Positions 1 to 10,684 of a DNA stretch of 64,000 nt are shown piece after piece; positions within the stretch are counted from its first letter, which is position 1; each line of letters starts with the position of its first letter. Both the position numbers and the translations under genes were made by a program. The notes under the pieces were generated by a model. It searched no databases and was not told the DNA's origin. It saw only the letters and a list, made by a program, of their open reading frames with translations. Origin of the DNA: Peptococcia bacterium (lineage in GTDB: Bacteria; Bacillota; Peptococcia; DRI-13; DTU073); NCBI GenBank assembly GCA_050951605.1, contig JBMNJJ010000009.1:36-64035 (forward strand), written 5' to 3'.

Positions 1-17
1 GCTATGTAATCCTTTTT

Positions 18-2168
18 GTGATAGTTATCAGGCTACTACTCAAAAAAGCTCCAAAATTTATCTCCTATGCCTTATGGGGTGTGGTGGCATTTCGCCTTAT
101 AATTCCATTTTCCTTTGAAAGCATGTTTAGCCTTATGCCACGGAATACGAATGTTGTTTCAATTCCCCATAATATTATCTATCAGCAAGGTCCTCAGATT
201 AATAGTGGGATAGAAGTAGTTGATTCATTTGTAAGCGAATCACTTCCTGCACCGACTGTTGGGGCAAGTGTAAATCCATTGCAGATCTATACAGAAATAG
301 GAGCATACATCTGGATTTTAGGAATAATGGTATTGCTTATCTATAGTGTAGTATCCGTTTTACAATTAAAAAGACAACTAAAAAGTGCACAGTTAATAGA
401 GCAGAATATCTTCGAAGCTAAGAATTTGAAAACACCATTTGTACTAGGTTTAATAAGACCAAAGATATATTTACCGACTGGACTTAACGTTGAAGAAAGA
501 AGCTATATCCTCCTTCATGAACAGACCCATATCCATCGAAAAGACCATATCATTAAAATATTAGCTTTCTTAATATTGTCCATACATTGGTTTAATCCCC
601 TTGTGTGGATTGCGTTTATGTTAATGAGTACAGATATGGAGCTTTCCTGTGATGAAAGAGTCTTGAAAGAAATGAATGAAGATATTAAAAAGCCTTATGC
701 TAATTCGTTATTGTCACTTGCTGCCGGAAGGCATATTTTAAATGGAAGCCCGCTTGCTTTTGGTGAGGGGAATGTAAAAAGAAGGATAAAGAATGTCTTG
801 CACTATAAAAGACCAAATTTTTGGGTGGTTATTGCTTCAGCCACTCTCTTAATCGTTGCTGGTATATCACTACTATCAAATCCTCAACCTCGATATTCGA
901 ATTTAACATTGGAGAACGTAGAGAGTATGACACTGGTTTCAGGGTTAGATGATACGAAACATTTAGTTATCGCTGATAAAGCGGAATGGGTTGATATCAT
1001 AGATTTGATCAATACGGCTAAAAGGAGCAAAATTGCAGAAGAGTATAGGCATACTTACGGAGAGCTATACTCGATCTATAATACTCTAACTGTCTCGGTA
1101 AAAGAGCAAGGAGAAGCAAAAACATATTCATTGATGATTTACCACCATAAGGATTGGGATGTTTTTCATGGAGAATATGAATACAAACTTGCACTCAATT
1201 ATATTTCAGAAAATGGTAAATCAGAATTATGGGGACTCCCTTATGCCGAATGTTACCAGCTGATGGAATGGATAAATGGAATATATGGTAAACAAAATGA
1301 AGCCTCTGATATGAACTCGAATACTGTTGGTATTGCAAAATTAGTAGAGGACAACTTAAGTATCATTATGTCCTCACCGAAGCATTCTTCAAATCCGCAG
1401 GATTATATCAATGCTCATAAAAATGAATATGAAAACTTCATGAAATATGGAGGAGAAGATGCCCTGCAATATATGCTGGCCCAGTTCGAGGCTGGTAATG
1501 CCGAAGGATTACGAGGGCAAATCATGATGCTGCTATGTAAAGAGCTTTTGGGGGCACGAAATAACGTTACCGATGAATCGTTGTCTCCGCGGGAATGGTA
1601 CGATGCTCTGACTATCCGTCAGGAAATTATACTTCCACATTTTGAATATGACGGTCAGGACCCAATTGAAAAACTTGTCTATGATACTAAAATCGAAAGG
1701 AATTCAGCTTCTAATAAAAGAGGCGGTTTTATAATTGTGGCTCCAAAGGTATTCGGAAGCTATGTGGAAGAAGATATGCTTAAAGTTTTTGTAACCACTT
1801 ACAGTGCAAGGTATAAACTTTATGGTAATACTTTATCGGAAGAAGGAGGCAGCATTATCCCGTCGGCAATCACCTATCGCAAAGATAATAGTGGTGGGTA
1901 TATCTTGGAGAAATATGAACAAGCAAGAGATGGCTCGGAATTTGGCCCATCAATCAGGAAGTATTGCACGATGCCCGTATCCGAAAAGGAAATCAAAGGG
2001 CTTGCAGATAAAATCCTTAAGCACTACGGAGACTATGAGGATATCCGAGTTCTGCTGCATGTTAACCTATATAAACATTTAAAGAAAAACGGTATTACAG
2101 ACGCTACGTTTACCAATTCTCATGGCAAAATTGAATTTTCCACGAGTGATCCGCAATACAAACCTTAA
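18..2168 (+). CDS. BlaR1/MecR1-type M56 metallopeptidase sensor with long extracellular C-terminus (5' end probably outside window)
   Basis: N-terminal TM segments, TPFVLGLIRPKIYLP, HEQTH (HExxH), HWFNPLVW, ELSCDE, LAFGE motifs of M56 peptidases. Confidence 0.9.
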   Translation: MIVIRLLLKKAPKFISYALWGVVAFRLIIPFSFESMFSLMPRNTNVVSIPHNIIYQQGPQINSGIEVVDSFVSESLPAPTVGASVNPLQIYTEIGAYIWILGIMVLLIYSVVSVLQLKRQLKSAQLIEQNIFEAKNLKTPFVLGLIRPKIYLPTGLNVEERSYILLHEQTHIHRKDHIIKILAFLILSIHWFNPLVWIAFMLMSTDMELSCDERVLKEMNEDIKKPYANSLLSLAAGRHILNGSPLAFGEGNVKRRIKNVLHYKRPNFWVVIASATLLIVAGISLLSNPQPRYSNLTLENVESMTLVSGLDDTKHLVIADKAEWVDIIDLINTAKRSKIAEEYRHTYGELYSIYNTLTVSVKEQGEAKTYSLMIYHHKDWDVFHGEYEYKLALNYISENGKSELWGLPYAECYQLMEWINGIYGKQNEASDMNSNTVGIAKLVEDNLSIIMSSPKHSSNPQDYINAHKNEYENFMKYGGEDALQYMLAQFEAGNAEGLRGQIMMLLCKELLGARNNVTDESLSPREWYDALTIRQEIILPHFEYDGQDPIEKLVYDTKIERNSASNKRGGFIIVAPKVFGSYVEEDMLKVFVTTYSARYKLYGNTLSEEGGSIIPSAITYRKDNSGGYILEKYEQARDGSEFGPSIRKYCTMPVSEKEIKGLADKILKHYGDYEDIRVLLHVNLYKHLKKNGITDATFTNSHGKIEFSTSDPQYKP

Positions 2169-2356
2169 AATTTCTTTATACTGAGAGAACAAAAAAGAAA
2201 TAGCTAATATCTCAAGCGCAAAAAACGTTTATGGGTACAGATAGAACGAACATTCAGAAGATAATAATTATATTTGGAATAGCATTGATTCTAATTGTCG
2301 GGTGTTGATTATTATATTTTGTCTAAAAGCATTATCATAGAAATAATGTTTTTTTG

Positions 2357-2410
2357 TTGACATAGTATTACGGTTAGTGATATATTTATATCACTAACCG
2401 TAATACTATG
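2357..2410 (+). promoter_or_regulatory. Promoter with 24-bp perfect inverted repeat, probable PadR operator
   Basis: TTGACA at 2357-2362 overlaps catagtattacggttagtgatata-tt-tatatcactaaccgtaatactatg (2361-2410). Confidence 0.75.
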
Positions 2411-2749
2411 TTTGGGGGGAACAGATTGAGAGACAATGTAAAAGGAGGAGCTTTAACAGAAGTAACTTTCTTTATACTACTATCTTTTTATACTCCGAAG
2501 CACGGATATGGAGTTATGCAATTTGTGGAAGAGAAAACACAAGGCCGATTAGTTTTGGGAGCCGGCTCACTCTATGGTGCAATTAAAACTTTACAGAAAC
2601 GGAATTGGATTACACCTGTTGATGACGGAAAGGGTAGGAAAAAGGAATATGTTATTACAAAGACGGGTAGGGAAATAGCAGATATAGAGATGAAAAGACT
2701 AAAAAATCTAATTAGCATAGCTGAAGAAATTATGGGAGGTCAGGTATAA
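2408..2749 (+). CDS. PadR family transcriptional regulator
   Basis: ALTE..F.ILLS, HGYGVMQ, GAGSLYGAIKTL, RKKEY.IT..G wHTH pattern. Confidence 0.9.
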   Translation: MFGGNRLRDNVKGGALTEVTFFILLSFYTPKHGYGVMQFVEEKTQGRLVLGAGSLYGAIKTLQKRNWITPVDDGKGRKKEYVITKTGREIADIEMKRLKNLISIAEEIMGGQV

Positions 2750-3357
2750 TGAAAAAATATTGTCGTTTCTTCGGGGGGTTTTTGGATGCTCAGGAAAATT
2801 GGTTGAATAAAATGGCTCAAAAAGGATATCGGCTAATAAGTACCGGAAAAATGACTTATGATTTTGAGGAGTGCCAGCCAGGTGAATATCAATATGCTGT
2901 TGAGTTTGTTGCACGGCCGAGCTTTAAGATTGCAAAAGAGTACCGTGCATTTTTAGAGGAACTTGGTTATAAGGTGTTCTATAAAAATATTAATCTCAAC
3001 TTTTCAATAGGTAAAATGAAATGGAGACCATACGGAAGAGGTATGGGGCAAATTTCCACAAATCTAGGAAGCTATAACAAAGAATTATTTATCGTTGAAA
3101 AAAAGAATGACGGTAAGCCATTCAATCTTCATACCACGAATTATGATAAAGCTAATTATTACAAGCCATTAAGAAACGCATGGCTGACAATCGCTGTTAT
3201 GCCTTTTGCCTTTGCTGTTTGGTATTATCTTGATAAGAGTTATGTTTCTAAAGAGGTGATTACATTTGGCATATTGGGATTGTTATGTTCTATACCAATC
3301 ATAAAATATCAGAAAAGGATTTCATTCTTTTCACGTCGTTCTAATATTGAAGAATAG
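2749..3357 (+). CDS. DUF2812-like membrane protein
   Basis: E.WLN.MA.KGY motif, two C-terminal TM helices, translationally coupled to PadR. Confidence 0.8.
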   Translation: MKKYCRFFGGFLDAQENWLNKMAQKGYRLISTGKMTYDFEECQPGEYQYAVEFVARPSFKIAKEYRAFLEELGYKVFYKNINLNFSIGKMKWRPYGRGMGQISTNLGSYNKELFIVEKKNDGKPFNLHTTNYDKANYYKPLRNAWLTIAVMPFAFAVWYYLDKSYVSKEVITFGILGLLCSIPIIKYQKRISFFSRRSNIEE

Positions 3358-3428
3358 CTTTCAAGCCAGGTGATATTGGAATATATTGAGGCCTTCCTGA
3401 TAAAATAGACTTAGAAATAATAAATTGG

Positions 3429-3470
3429 CAATTTGCCACCGAAAAAATAATTTGGTGGCAAATTGTTTTA
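3429..3470 (+). terminator. Intrinsic terminator hairpin
   Basis: caatttgccacc...ggtggcaaattg followed by tttta. Confidence 0.65.
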
Positions 3471-3514
3471 TTATAATGATATGTGGGAATCAGAATATTT
3501 ACAAAAAGCCATAC

Positions 3515-3540
3515 GTAACTTTTTGAGCATCTCATACGTT
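3515..3540 (+). promoter_or_regulatory. Putative ECF-sigma autoregulatory promoter
   Basis: GTAAC-N17-CGTT directly upstream of the ECF sigma gene, matching the AAC/CGT ECF consensus. Confidence 0.55.
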
Positions 3541-3589
3541 TATATAAATAAAGAGTATAATAATGGAGAAAAAGAGAGGGTGAACATAT

Positions 3590-4129
3590 GTGGAGGGTTT
3601 GACGAGTGAGCAGGAACTACAGCTGGTAAAACAAGCGCAAAATGAAATAGCGGCATTTAGCAAACTGTATCAGTTATATCTGCCCAAACTTTATAATTAT
3701 GCATTTTATCGAACCGGAAGTAAACAGGAAGCCGAGGATGTTGTCTCTTCGACATTTATAAAGGCATTGGAACATTTAAAAAAGGGAGAAATAAAATATA
3801 TTTCCTTCAAGAATTGGCTGTATAAGGTGTGTTCTAATATCATTATCGATAATTGGCGCAAGAGTTCCTATGCCGAATGTGCTTTACCCTGTTGTTTTGA
3901 CAACAATGATGTAGACTTTTCTGGGAAAATTGATGATAAGCTAACAATCCTACAAATACTTTACCAACTAACCGAAGAACAGCAACAGGTATTACTTTTG
4001 AGATATGTCCAGGATTTAAGTATTTGTCAGGTGGCGGAAATCATGGGGAAGTCCGAAGGCGCTGTTAAACAGCTGGCTTATAGAGGATTAAATAATATGA
4101 AGGAAAGGATGGCGAAAAGTAATGGATAA
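3590..4129 (+). CDS. ECF family RNA polymerase sigma factor
   Basis: AEDVVSSTFIKA region 2, FKNWLYKV, region 4 LSICQVAEIMGKSEGAVK. Confidence 0.92.
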   Translation: MEGLTSEQELQLVKQAQNEIAAFSKLYQLYLPKLYNYAFYRTGSKQEAEDVVSSTFIKALEHLKKGEIKYISFKNWLYKVCSNIIIDNWRKSSYAECALPCCFDNNDVDFSGKIDDKLTILQILYQLTEEQQQVLLLRYVQDLSICQVAEIMGKSEGAVKQLAYRGLNNMKERMAKSNG

Positions 4130-6113
4130 TCAGGAAAAGGATTTTTTAGAGTTGGAACTTGATATAGGCAAGAGATTGGGTAATTTAACAGATGTCCAAG
4201 TGGATGAAGAGTTTAAAAATAGGCTTTGGGAAGAGCTAAAATTCAAATATGAGGAAGCGGATTCTGTCAAGGCTAATAAAATTTATAATATTGATACTGT
4301 GAACCGAAAGAAGAAAGGCTTGTTTATTAAGTGGGGGGCTATTGCCGCGGCTGTTTTACTAGTGATTACTTTTTTACCTTTAAGAAAAACCAATGATGTC
4401 GAAATGAGCTCACTGCTTTCCCCAACGCAGGTATTTGCTATTGGGGGTAGTGATTTAGCTCTTGATGCGGGGTTTGATACCCTTAGGGATGTGCGGTTTG
4501 AAGTTAAAGGGGATTTGCCTACTGCACCGCCAAAAGGTCAGATATTCCGTTTGCAAAGTAAATTCACTACAGTTGATGATTATCTCCTTATGGCCAAGAC
4601 CATGGGCATGAAAAACCCTGAGATAATGGGTAAAGAGTCGCAGGAATCAGTAAGTCAATTTTTTTCTATAATAAGTGGGAAGCATTATCTTATGGTCTGG
4701 CCCAAAAGTGGGGTCTGGGAGTATGAATATAGGGACTATGAATTTGATGAGCTGGATAGTGATTTAGAAGAGGGTAATATCAAAGAAAATGTGGAAGATG
4801 CTCAAAAGATTGAACAGGAAATGGCCAAAGATATAGCTAAAGAATGGTTAAAAAGGTTGGAGCAACTCCCTCGTGAGAAGTATAAAATAACCGTTGAAGA
4901 TACAAGGAATAGCGATATTCCTGTGGCTTTGGGATTTAACGTTATGTTTATCCCTGAATCTAGTCCGGATGCAAACCAATCAGTTGAAACAGGCAGGCGG
5001 ATTCGGATATTCATGGGTACTGATGGTCAAGTAATAAATGCTTCTTATAATTGGCCGGGGCTAAAAGGGACTTCCGAAATCCCTCTGGCTGATTACGTCG
5101 AAGCCATAGAAGCCTTAAACCGCGGTGAAGGAAGATTAGATGTCAAAAGATATTGGGGCGAAAAAGGTGTTGCCTCTATTGAAGATGTAGAGATTGGCCA
5201 TCAACTGGCCTACGGCATAGATTATACTCCTTATCTTGTGCCTACCTGTATATTTTCAGGAAAGCTTACTTTACAAGGGTCAACCCAAGATTTTACTGCC
5301 TCAATTCCTTTGCTAAAAAAACCCGAAATGAAAAATGCCGCGAATTTTGCAATCAAAACAAAGCTTCCCAAGTATCGAAAAGAGGCTAATTTAATAGCTG
5401 AAAGACAACATAGCTTAACTCAAGCAGAACTTGAAAGCCTTGCTTCATTTTTTGGTATAGAGAAAAAAAGTCAAGAGGAAAATTTTATCGAGGGTACAAA
5501 AGGGGAAGAGCTTCACTACACCTCTTATGACTATGGCTGGCTTTATCGCGGGCAAAAGCATACCACAGCAAAACAACTGTCTGAAGAAAAAGCCATTCAA
5601 ATCGCTCAAAACATTGCCAATAACATACCGGTTGTTCCCGGGTCTCTGGGAAAGCCGTGGATACTTCCTACGGGTGGAGAAGAACTTCAGACGATAGGTT
5701 TCCCTTTCATCTATGAAGGCATACCGGTAGTTACTCCTAGTTACCCCGGTTATGTATCTTATATTGCGATCAGTCTATACAAGGACGGTACATTGTGGTC
5801 AGTAGATAGTAAGATGCCTATGGAAGCCACGGGGGAAAAAATTAAATTGATATCCCCGCAAGAGGCTAAACAAAGGCTATTAGAAAATGATTATATTATG
5901 ACCATTGATAATTTGTTTGGATATTTTTATGGCGACAGATTTGCGGCTGACAAATCGACAGTAACTGAAATTGAACTTGTATATATCCCTTGTCATCCTG
6001 AGCTTGCCAGAAGTAAGGACTATGCTTTGATGTACAGATTTTCCGGTAAAACAATCATCTCCGGAAATGAGATGGACTTTTCAGCCTTTGTAAAAGCGCA
6101 AAAAGAATATTAA
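4122..6113 (+). CDS. Putative anti-sigma factor with one TM helix and large, internally duplicated extracellular region
   Basis: Overlaps sigma stop; short cytoplasmic N-terminus, TM (WGAIAAAVLLVITFLPL), two similar ~300-aa halves. Confidence 0.6.
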   Translation: MDNQEKDFLELELDIGKRLGNLTDVQVDEEFKNRLWEELKFKYEEADSVKANKIYNIDTVNRKKKGLFIKWGAIAAAVLLVITFLPLRKTNDVEMSSLLSPTQVFAIGGSDLALDAGFDTLRDVRFEVKGDLPTAPPKGQIFRLQSKFTTVDDYLLMAKTMGMKNPEIMGKESQESVSQFFSIISGKHYLMVWPKSGVWEYEYRDYEFDELDSDLEEGNIKENVEDAQKIEQEMAKDIAKEWLKRLEQLPREKYKITVEDTRNSDIPVALGFNVMFIPESSPDANQSVETGRRIRIFMGTDGQVINASYNWPGLKGTSEIPLADYVEAIEALNRGEGRLDVKRYWGEKGVASIEDVEIGHQLAYGIDYTPYLVPTCIFSGKLTLQGSTQDFTASIPLLKKPEMKNAANFAIKTKLPKYRKEANLIAERQHSLTQAELESLASFFGIEKKSQEENFIEGTKGEELHYTSYDYGWLYRGQKHTTAKQLSEEKAIQIAQNIANNIPVVPGSLGKPWILPTGGEELQTIGFPFIYEGIPVVTPSYPGYVSYIAISLYKDGTLWSVDSKMPMEATGEKIKLISPQEAKQRLLENDYIMTIDNLFGYFYGDRFAADKSTVTEIELVYIPCHPELARSKDYALMYRFSGKTIISGNEMDFSAFVKAQKEY

Positions 6114-6171
6114 TGATAGTATTGCAGCATTTTATCTAAGTAGATTTTAATATGAGCAAGTGAATAAATCT

Positions 6172-6212
6172 ATGCTCCAGCCCGGATGTAACAGGGCTGG
6201 AGCATGTTTTTT
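6172..6212. terminator. Terminator between convergent genes
   Basis: atgctccagccc...gggctggagcat followed by T run. Confidence 0.8.
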
Positions 6213-6232
6213 ATAATGTGATAGTTGAATCT

Positions 6233-6724
6233 TTATTGAGGATTATACATCCCCTTGTTTTGCATATAGTTAAAAATTTGTTCTCCATGTTCTTGTTCTT
6301 CTTTTTGAATATGATTTAATATTTGCCGAACATTAGTATCGGTACATTCAAAAATTGTCGTGTCATAAGTTCCAGAAACATATTTTTCTGTTGTGAGCAT
6401 ATCAGTACACAAGGTAGTATCGTTTTGATTAGCCATAGTTCCCAGCATTTGTGTTTGTTGATTTTGTTGTATTTGTTGACCAAATTGGGGCATTTGTTGT
6501 CCGGCTTGCTGACTTTGTTGGATATTGGGAACTTGACCGGTTAGAATTTGATTAATCGTATTCAAGTGTTCTTGTTCTTTTTGGGCTAAAGAGCTGAAGA
6601 GTTGTTTTAATTGTGGGTCTTGTGCTTGCTTAGCATAATTTTGATATTTTTGGATACAAAGTTCTTCATGAGCTTTTTGGTCTTGCAGAAGCATTTTTTC
6701 CTTGGTCGTTAATTTTAGTGCCAA
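6233..6724 (-). CDS. Ferritin-like/CotF-type spore coat protein (TTG start after GGAGGTGG)
   Basis: LT.KE..LL.D....EELC..KY, Gln-rich linker, DML.TEKYVS..Y, HIQKEEQEHG. Confidence 0.8.
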   Translation of the reverse strand: MALKLTTKEKMLLQDQKAHEELCIQKYQNYAKQAQDPQLKQLFSSLAQKEQEHLNTINQILTGQVPNIQQSQQAGQQMPQFGQQIQQNQQTQMLGTMANQNDTTLCTDMLTTEKYVSGTYDTTIFECTDTNVRQILNHIQKEEQEHGEQIFNYMQNKGMYNPQ

Positions 6725-6853
6725 GATGACCACCTCCACTATAATTTTGCCATGATTGGGGGCTTTATATTCAAGAAACGCTATTATTGCAAAGAAGTTC
6801 ACAATAAAGGATAATAAATAGGGAAGAAGAATCTGAGCACAATAAAAAAAGGG

Positions 6854-7721
6854 GTGATTTATAAATTGAAAAGAATACTTGTACTGGTTGCTTGTTTATG
6901 TGTTTTTACAGGTTGTGCAAATATAGAAAGAACTCAGCAATTAAGTGAAAAAGCTAAAACGATGATTAATGAAAAGGGGATGACGATCAGCGAGAGAATA
7001 AACGTACCTGAGGGATATTCTAGAATAGAGGTAGAGAATAATTCATTCGCCGAGTACTTGCGCAATTTGCCTTTAAAAGAACATCAGGCGAAAGTTTTAT
7101 ATTACAATGGTAAGGTAAAAGAAAACTTTGGGGTATATGAAGCAGTTGTGGATATGGAGATCGGAACCAAAAATTTACAGCAATGTGCTGATGCGGTGAT
7201 GAGGCTAAGGGGAGAATATCTGTATCAACAAAAGAAGTGGGATCAAATTCATTTTAATTTAACAAACGGGTTTAGGGTTGATTATCGTAAATGGATGCAG
7301 GGCTATAGGGTAGTTGTAGATGGGAATAAAACTTATTGGGCAAAGAAAAGCCCAGAGCTTAACTCCTATGAAACTTTCAGGAATTATATGGAGTTTGTTT
7401 TTATCTATGCCGGGACGTTGTCTCTGTCCCAAGAGCTTCAATCTGTAAAATTAGAAGAGATGCAGATAGGAGATGTACTTATTCAAGGGGGAAGTCCCGG
7501 ACATGCAGTTATTGTAGTAGATATGGCTGAGAATCAAGAAACAGGGAGAAAAGCTTTATCTGCTAGCACAAAGTTATATGCCTGCTCAGGAAATACAGCT
7601 TCTGGCCAATCCGGACAATAGGAAGATCAGTCCGTGGTATATTTTAAGTACGGATGAAAAAATACATACACCGGAATGGGTCTTTACTAAAGATGATTTA
7701 ATGAGGTTTTTTAATCAGTAA
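6854..7721 (+). CDS. DUF4846-like lipoprotein, frameshift near 7545
   Basis: Lipobox FTGC; LQQCADAVMRLRGEY, YAGTLSL, GGSPGHAV; the family C-terminus LLAQSYMPAQEI..SPWY..TPEW continues in another frame. Confidence 0.8.
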
Positions 7722-7726
7722 CCCCT

Positions 7727-7757
7727 GGCCACCACAAAAATGTGGTGGTCTTTTTTG
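7727..7757 (+). terminator. Intrinsic terminator
   Basis: ggccaccaca-aaaa-tgtggtggtc followed by tttttt. Confidence 0.75.
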
Positions 7758-7954
7758 TTGGATGGTTAGGCAATCATACAGGCAAAAAAACAGCAGATAT
7801 TGTAACACTTACCTTGGTATTTCAAACCTATAAAGTTGTATTTAATTACTGTAGTTATATAATTAATATGTAAATAAATATTATATAAACAAAAAACAGT
7901 AAATTTTGAGTTTTTGCGTTAATAAATCTAGCTAGTTAGGAGGTAAAATAAGTT

Positions 7955-8437
7955 ATGGAGGACTTGACAAAACTATTTTCGGAAGAACAAATAAAAGAAT
8001 TAGATAAGCTTATTGAAACAAATGGGAAAGAGTCGAAAGGGTTAATTCCTTTACTGGAAAAAGCACAAGAGCTATTAGGTTATATCCCCGTTGAGGTGCA
8101 AAAAAGGATTGCTGAAAAAACAGGAATCCCTGCCAACAGCATCTATGGTGTGGTTTCTTTTTATTCATTTTTTACCATGGAAGCCAGAGCACGTCATCGT
8201 ATTCAGGTTTGCTTAGGGACTGCTTGTTATGTTAAAGGCGGTAAAGAAATAATGGAAAAAATAGAAAAAGATTATGGTCTCAAAGTTGGCGAAAGTAGTA
8301 AAGACGGCAGATTTACCTGTGAAAAGGCGAGATGCTTTGGAGCCTGTGGTCTTGCTCCGATTATGGTCGTTGATGGCAAGGTGTACGGAAAAATCAGTGT
8401 AGAAAATGTTGATGAAATTTTGAGTCAATATAAGTAA
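7955..8437 (+). CDS. NuoE/HydC-like [2Fe-2S] subunit
   Basis: GVVSFYSFF, VCLGTACYVKG, RCFGACGLAP. Confidence 0.92.
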   Translation: MEDLTKLFSEEQIKELDKLIETNGKESKGLIPLLEKAQELLGYIPVEVQKRIAEKTGIPANSIYGVVSFYSFFTMEARARHRIQVCLGTACYVKGGKEIMEKIEKDYGLKVGESSKDGRFTCEKARCFGACGLAPIMVVDGKVYGKISVENVDEILSQYK

Positions 8438-8463
8438 AAAATAAGGGGTAAGGAGGAAGCGTC

Positions 8464-10180
8464 ATGCGTGGTAAAACGATTGAGGAGATCAATCAGATTA
8501 AGGAAAAGGCATTAAAAGAAAATGAGCTACAAAGTAATTTTACCAAAGTATATGTCCACACGGGTACTTGTGGAATTGCCTCCGGTGCTTTAGAAGTTTT
8601 AAATACGTTAAAAAAAGAAATAAAAGAGAATGGTTTAAAAAACATTAAGGTCATAACTACCGGCTGTGCCGGGATATGTTCTAAGGAACCTCTTCTTACT
8701 GTTGAGGTTCCGGGGCAGGAGCCGATCATTTATGAAAAGATAAATGAAGAAAAAGCACGTGAGATTTTTAATAGTCATCTTGTGGGGAAAAAAGTTGTGC
8801 CGGAATATGCTTTTGCCAGAGGAATGGAAGTACAAATCAAAGAGAGAATCAAAAACAACGGTAAAATGCCGAGGCAGGCGGTTGTTGATGAGCGTATTCC
8901 CGGCATTGAGGAGATTCCTTTTTTTAAACTGCAAGAACAAAGGGTAATGAGAAATAGAGGGCTGATTGACCCTAAGAAAATAAATGATTATATTGCCAGA
9001 GACGGCTATCAAGGAGCGATTAAAGCTTTAACCGCAGATGACCTCTGCAGAAATAATCACTGAAGTTTTAGATGCGGGAATCAGAGGTAGAGGAGGAGCA
9101 GGTTTCCCTACAGGCTTAAAGTGGAAATTCGCGGCTCAGGAAGAAAACGAGATAAAATATGTTTTATGTAATGCTGATGAAGGGGACCCGGGTGCTTACA
9201 TGGACAGGAGCGTACTGGAAAGTGACCCTCATAGTGTAATTGAAGGCATGATTATTGCCGCCAAAGCTATCGGTTCTCATATGGGCTATATTTATTGCCG
9301 GGCAGAATATCCACTTGCCGTGGAAACACTGAATAGAGCCATAAAAAGTGCTAGGAATTATGGTTTATTAGGAAAAAACATTTTAGGTACCGGATTTGAT
9401 TTTGACCTTGAAGTTTATGAAGGCGCCGGTGCTTTTGTCTGTGGTGAGGAAACAGCATTGATGAGGTCTCTTGAAGGTTTAAGAGGAAACCCCAGACCGA
9501 AGCCACCCTTCCCTGCCCATGCGGGACTCTGGGAAAAGCCGACGATCCTCAATAATGTAGAAACTTTTGCTAATATTCCTCAGATTATGGCCAAGGGTAG
9601 TGAATGGTTTGCCGGTATCGGAACGGAAAAAAGTAAAGGGACCAAAATATTTTCCCTTACGGGAGATATTAATAATGTGGGCTGTGTGGAAGTGCCCATT
9701 GGTACTACTTTAAACACCATCGTCAATGAAATAGGTGGTGGGGTACTGACCGGTAAACATTTTAAAGCGGCGCAACTGGGAGGACCTTCCGGAGGTTGTA
9801 TCCCTGTCCAACATATAGATGTGGCTGTAGATTATGAAACATTACAGGAGTACGGGGCCATAATGGGCTCAGGTGGTTTAATTGTCATCAGTGATGATAA
9901 ATCCGCAGTAGATATTGCTAGATTTTTTATGGAATTTTGTCAAGATGAATCTTGTGGTAAATGTATTCCGTGTCGTGAAGGAACTAAACAAATGCTGCAT
10001 ATTCTAAATAAAATTTGTGCCGGAAAAGCACAAAAAGAAGACCTGGATAAAATGGAAGAATTAGGTTATGTGATTCAAAAAACGGCTTTATGTGCCCTTG
10101 GTAAAACATCAGTCAACCCCGTTTTGAGTACGTTGCGTTATTTTAGAAATGAATATGAAGAAGCTATTGCTAAAAATTAA
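8464..10180 (+). CDS. NuoF/HydB-like FMN/NADH-binding subunit with N-terminal thioredoxin-like [2Fe-2S] domain; frameshift at ~9035
   Basis: GTCG..TGCAGIC in 8464-9063; RGRGGAGFPTG, NADEGDPG, CGEETAL, GGPSGG, SCGKCIPCREG..CALG in 9038-10180. Confidence 0.9.
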
Positions 10181-10189
10181 TTTAAAGAG

Positions 10190-10684
10190 GTGTGCTTGAT
10201 GATCTTTACAAAGGCTTTAAAATATGAGGATATCAAAAAAGAATTAGATAAAGAGCACGATATTATTACTATTTTTGGGTGTGAAACTTGTGTCAGAGTG
10301 GCCGGAAGTGGTGGGGAAGAAAAAATGAAAGAGTTGGCCTTGAAATTAAGGAGTGAAGGCTTCCAGGTTGTGGATGGTTTTATGATTCCGGCTGTCTGTA
10401 CTCCTAAAATCTTCTTGGCGAAATTAAATAAAGATGTAAATACTTTAATAGCATTGGCCTGCAGTGCCGGATTTGCTAATCTGCAAAGGTCTTATCCTGA
10501 ATATAAAGTAGTGGAGACTACGGAAAATATAGGCTTAATGGTTACCGACACAGAAAAAAATATTATTAAGGTAACGATACCTTATAAAAACCATGAAGAT
10601 GAAGTAGGGCAAGAGTATGACTGTGAGACAGGAAAGAAAAGAAAGAGTAAGCAGGGCTTGCCCATAATGGAGGTGGAAAAATAA
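10190..10684 (+). CDS. Small Cys-rich protein resembling the MetV N-terminal Fe-S domain
   Basis: GCETC..GG..(C)..LAC..G spacing recalls the N-terminal half of MetV; no MetV C-terminal Cys cluster. Confidence 0.55.
   Translation: MCLMIFTKALKYEDIKKELDKEHDIITIFGCETCVRVAGSGGEEKMKELALKLRSEGFQVVDGFMIPAVCTPKIFLAKLNKDVNTLIALACSAGFANLQRSYPEYKVVETTENIGLMVTDTEKNIIKVTIPYKNHEDEVGQEYDCETGKKRKSKQGLPIMEVEK

Noticed and set aside
9030-9065. Programmed frameshift or genuine split of the NuoF-like gene
   Set aside because: No slippery sequence; similar indels occur throughout the window, so an error is more likely
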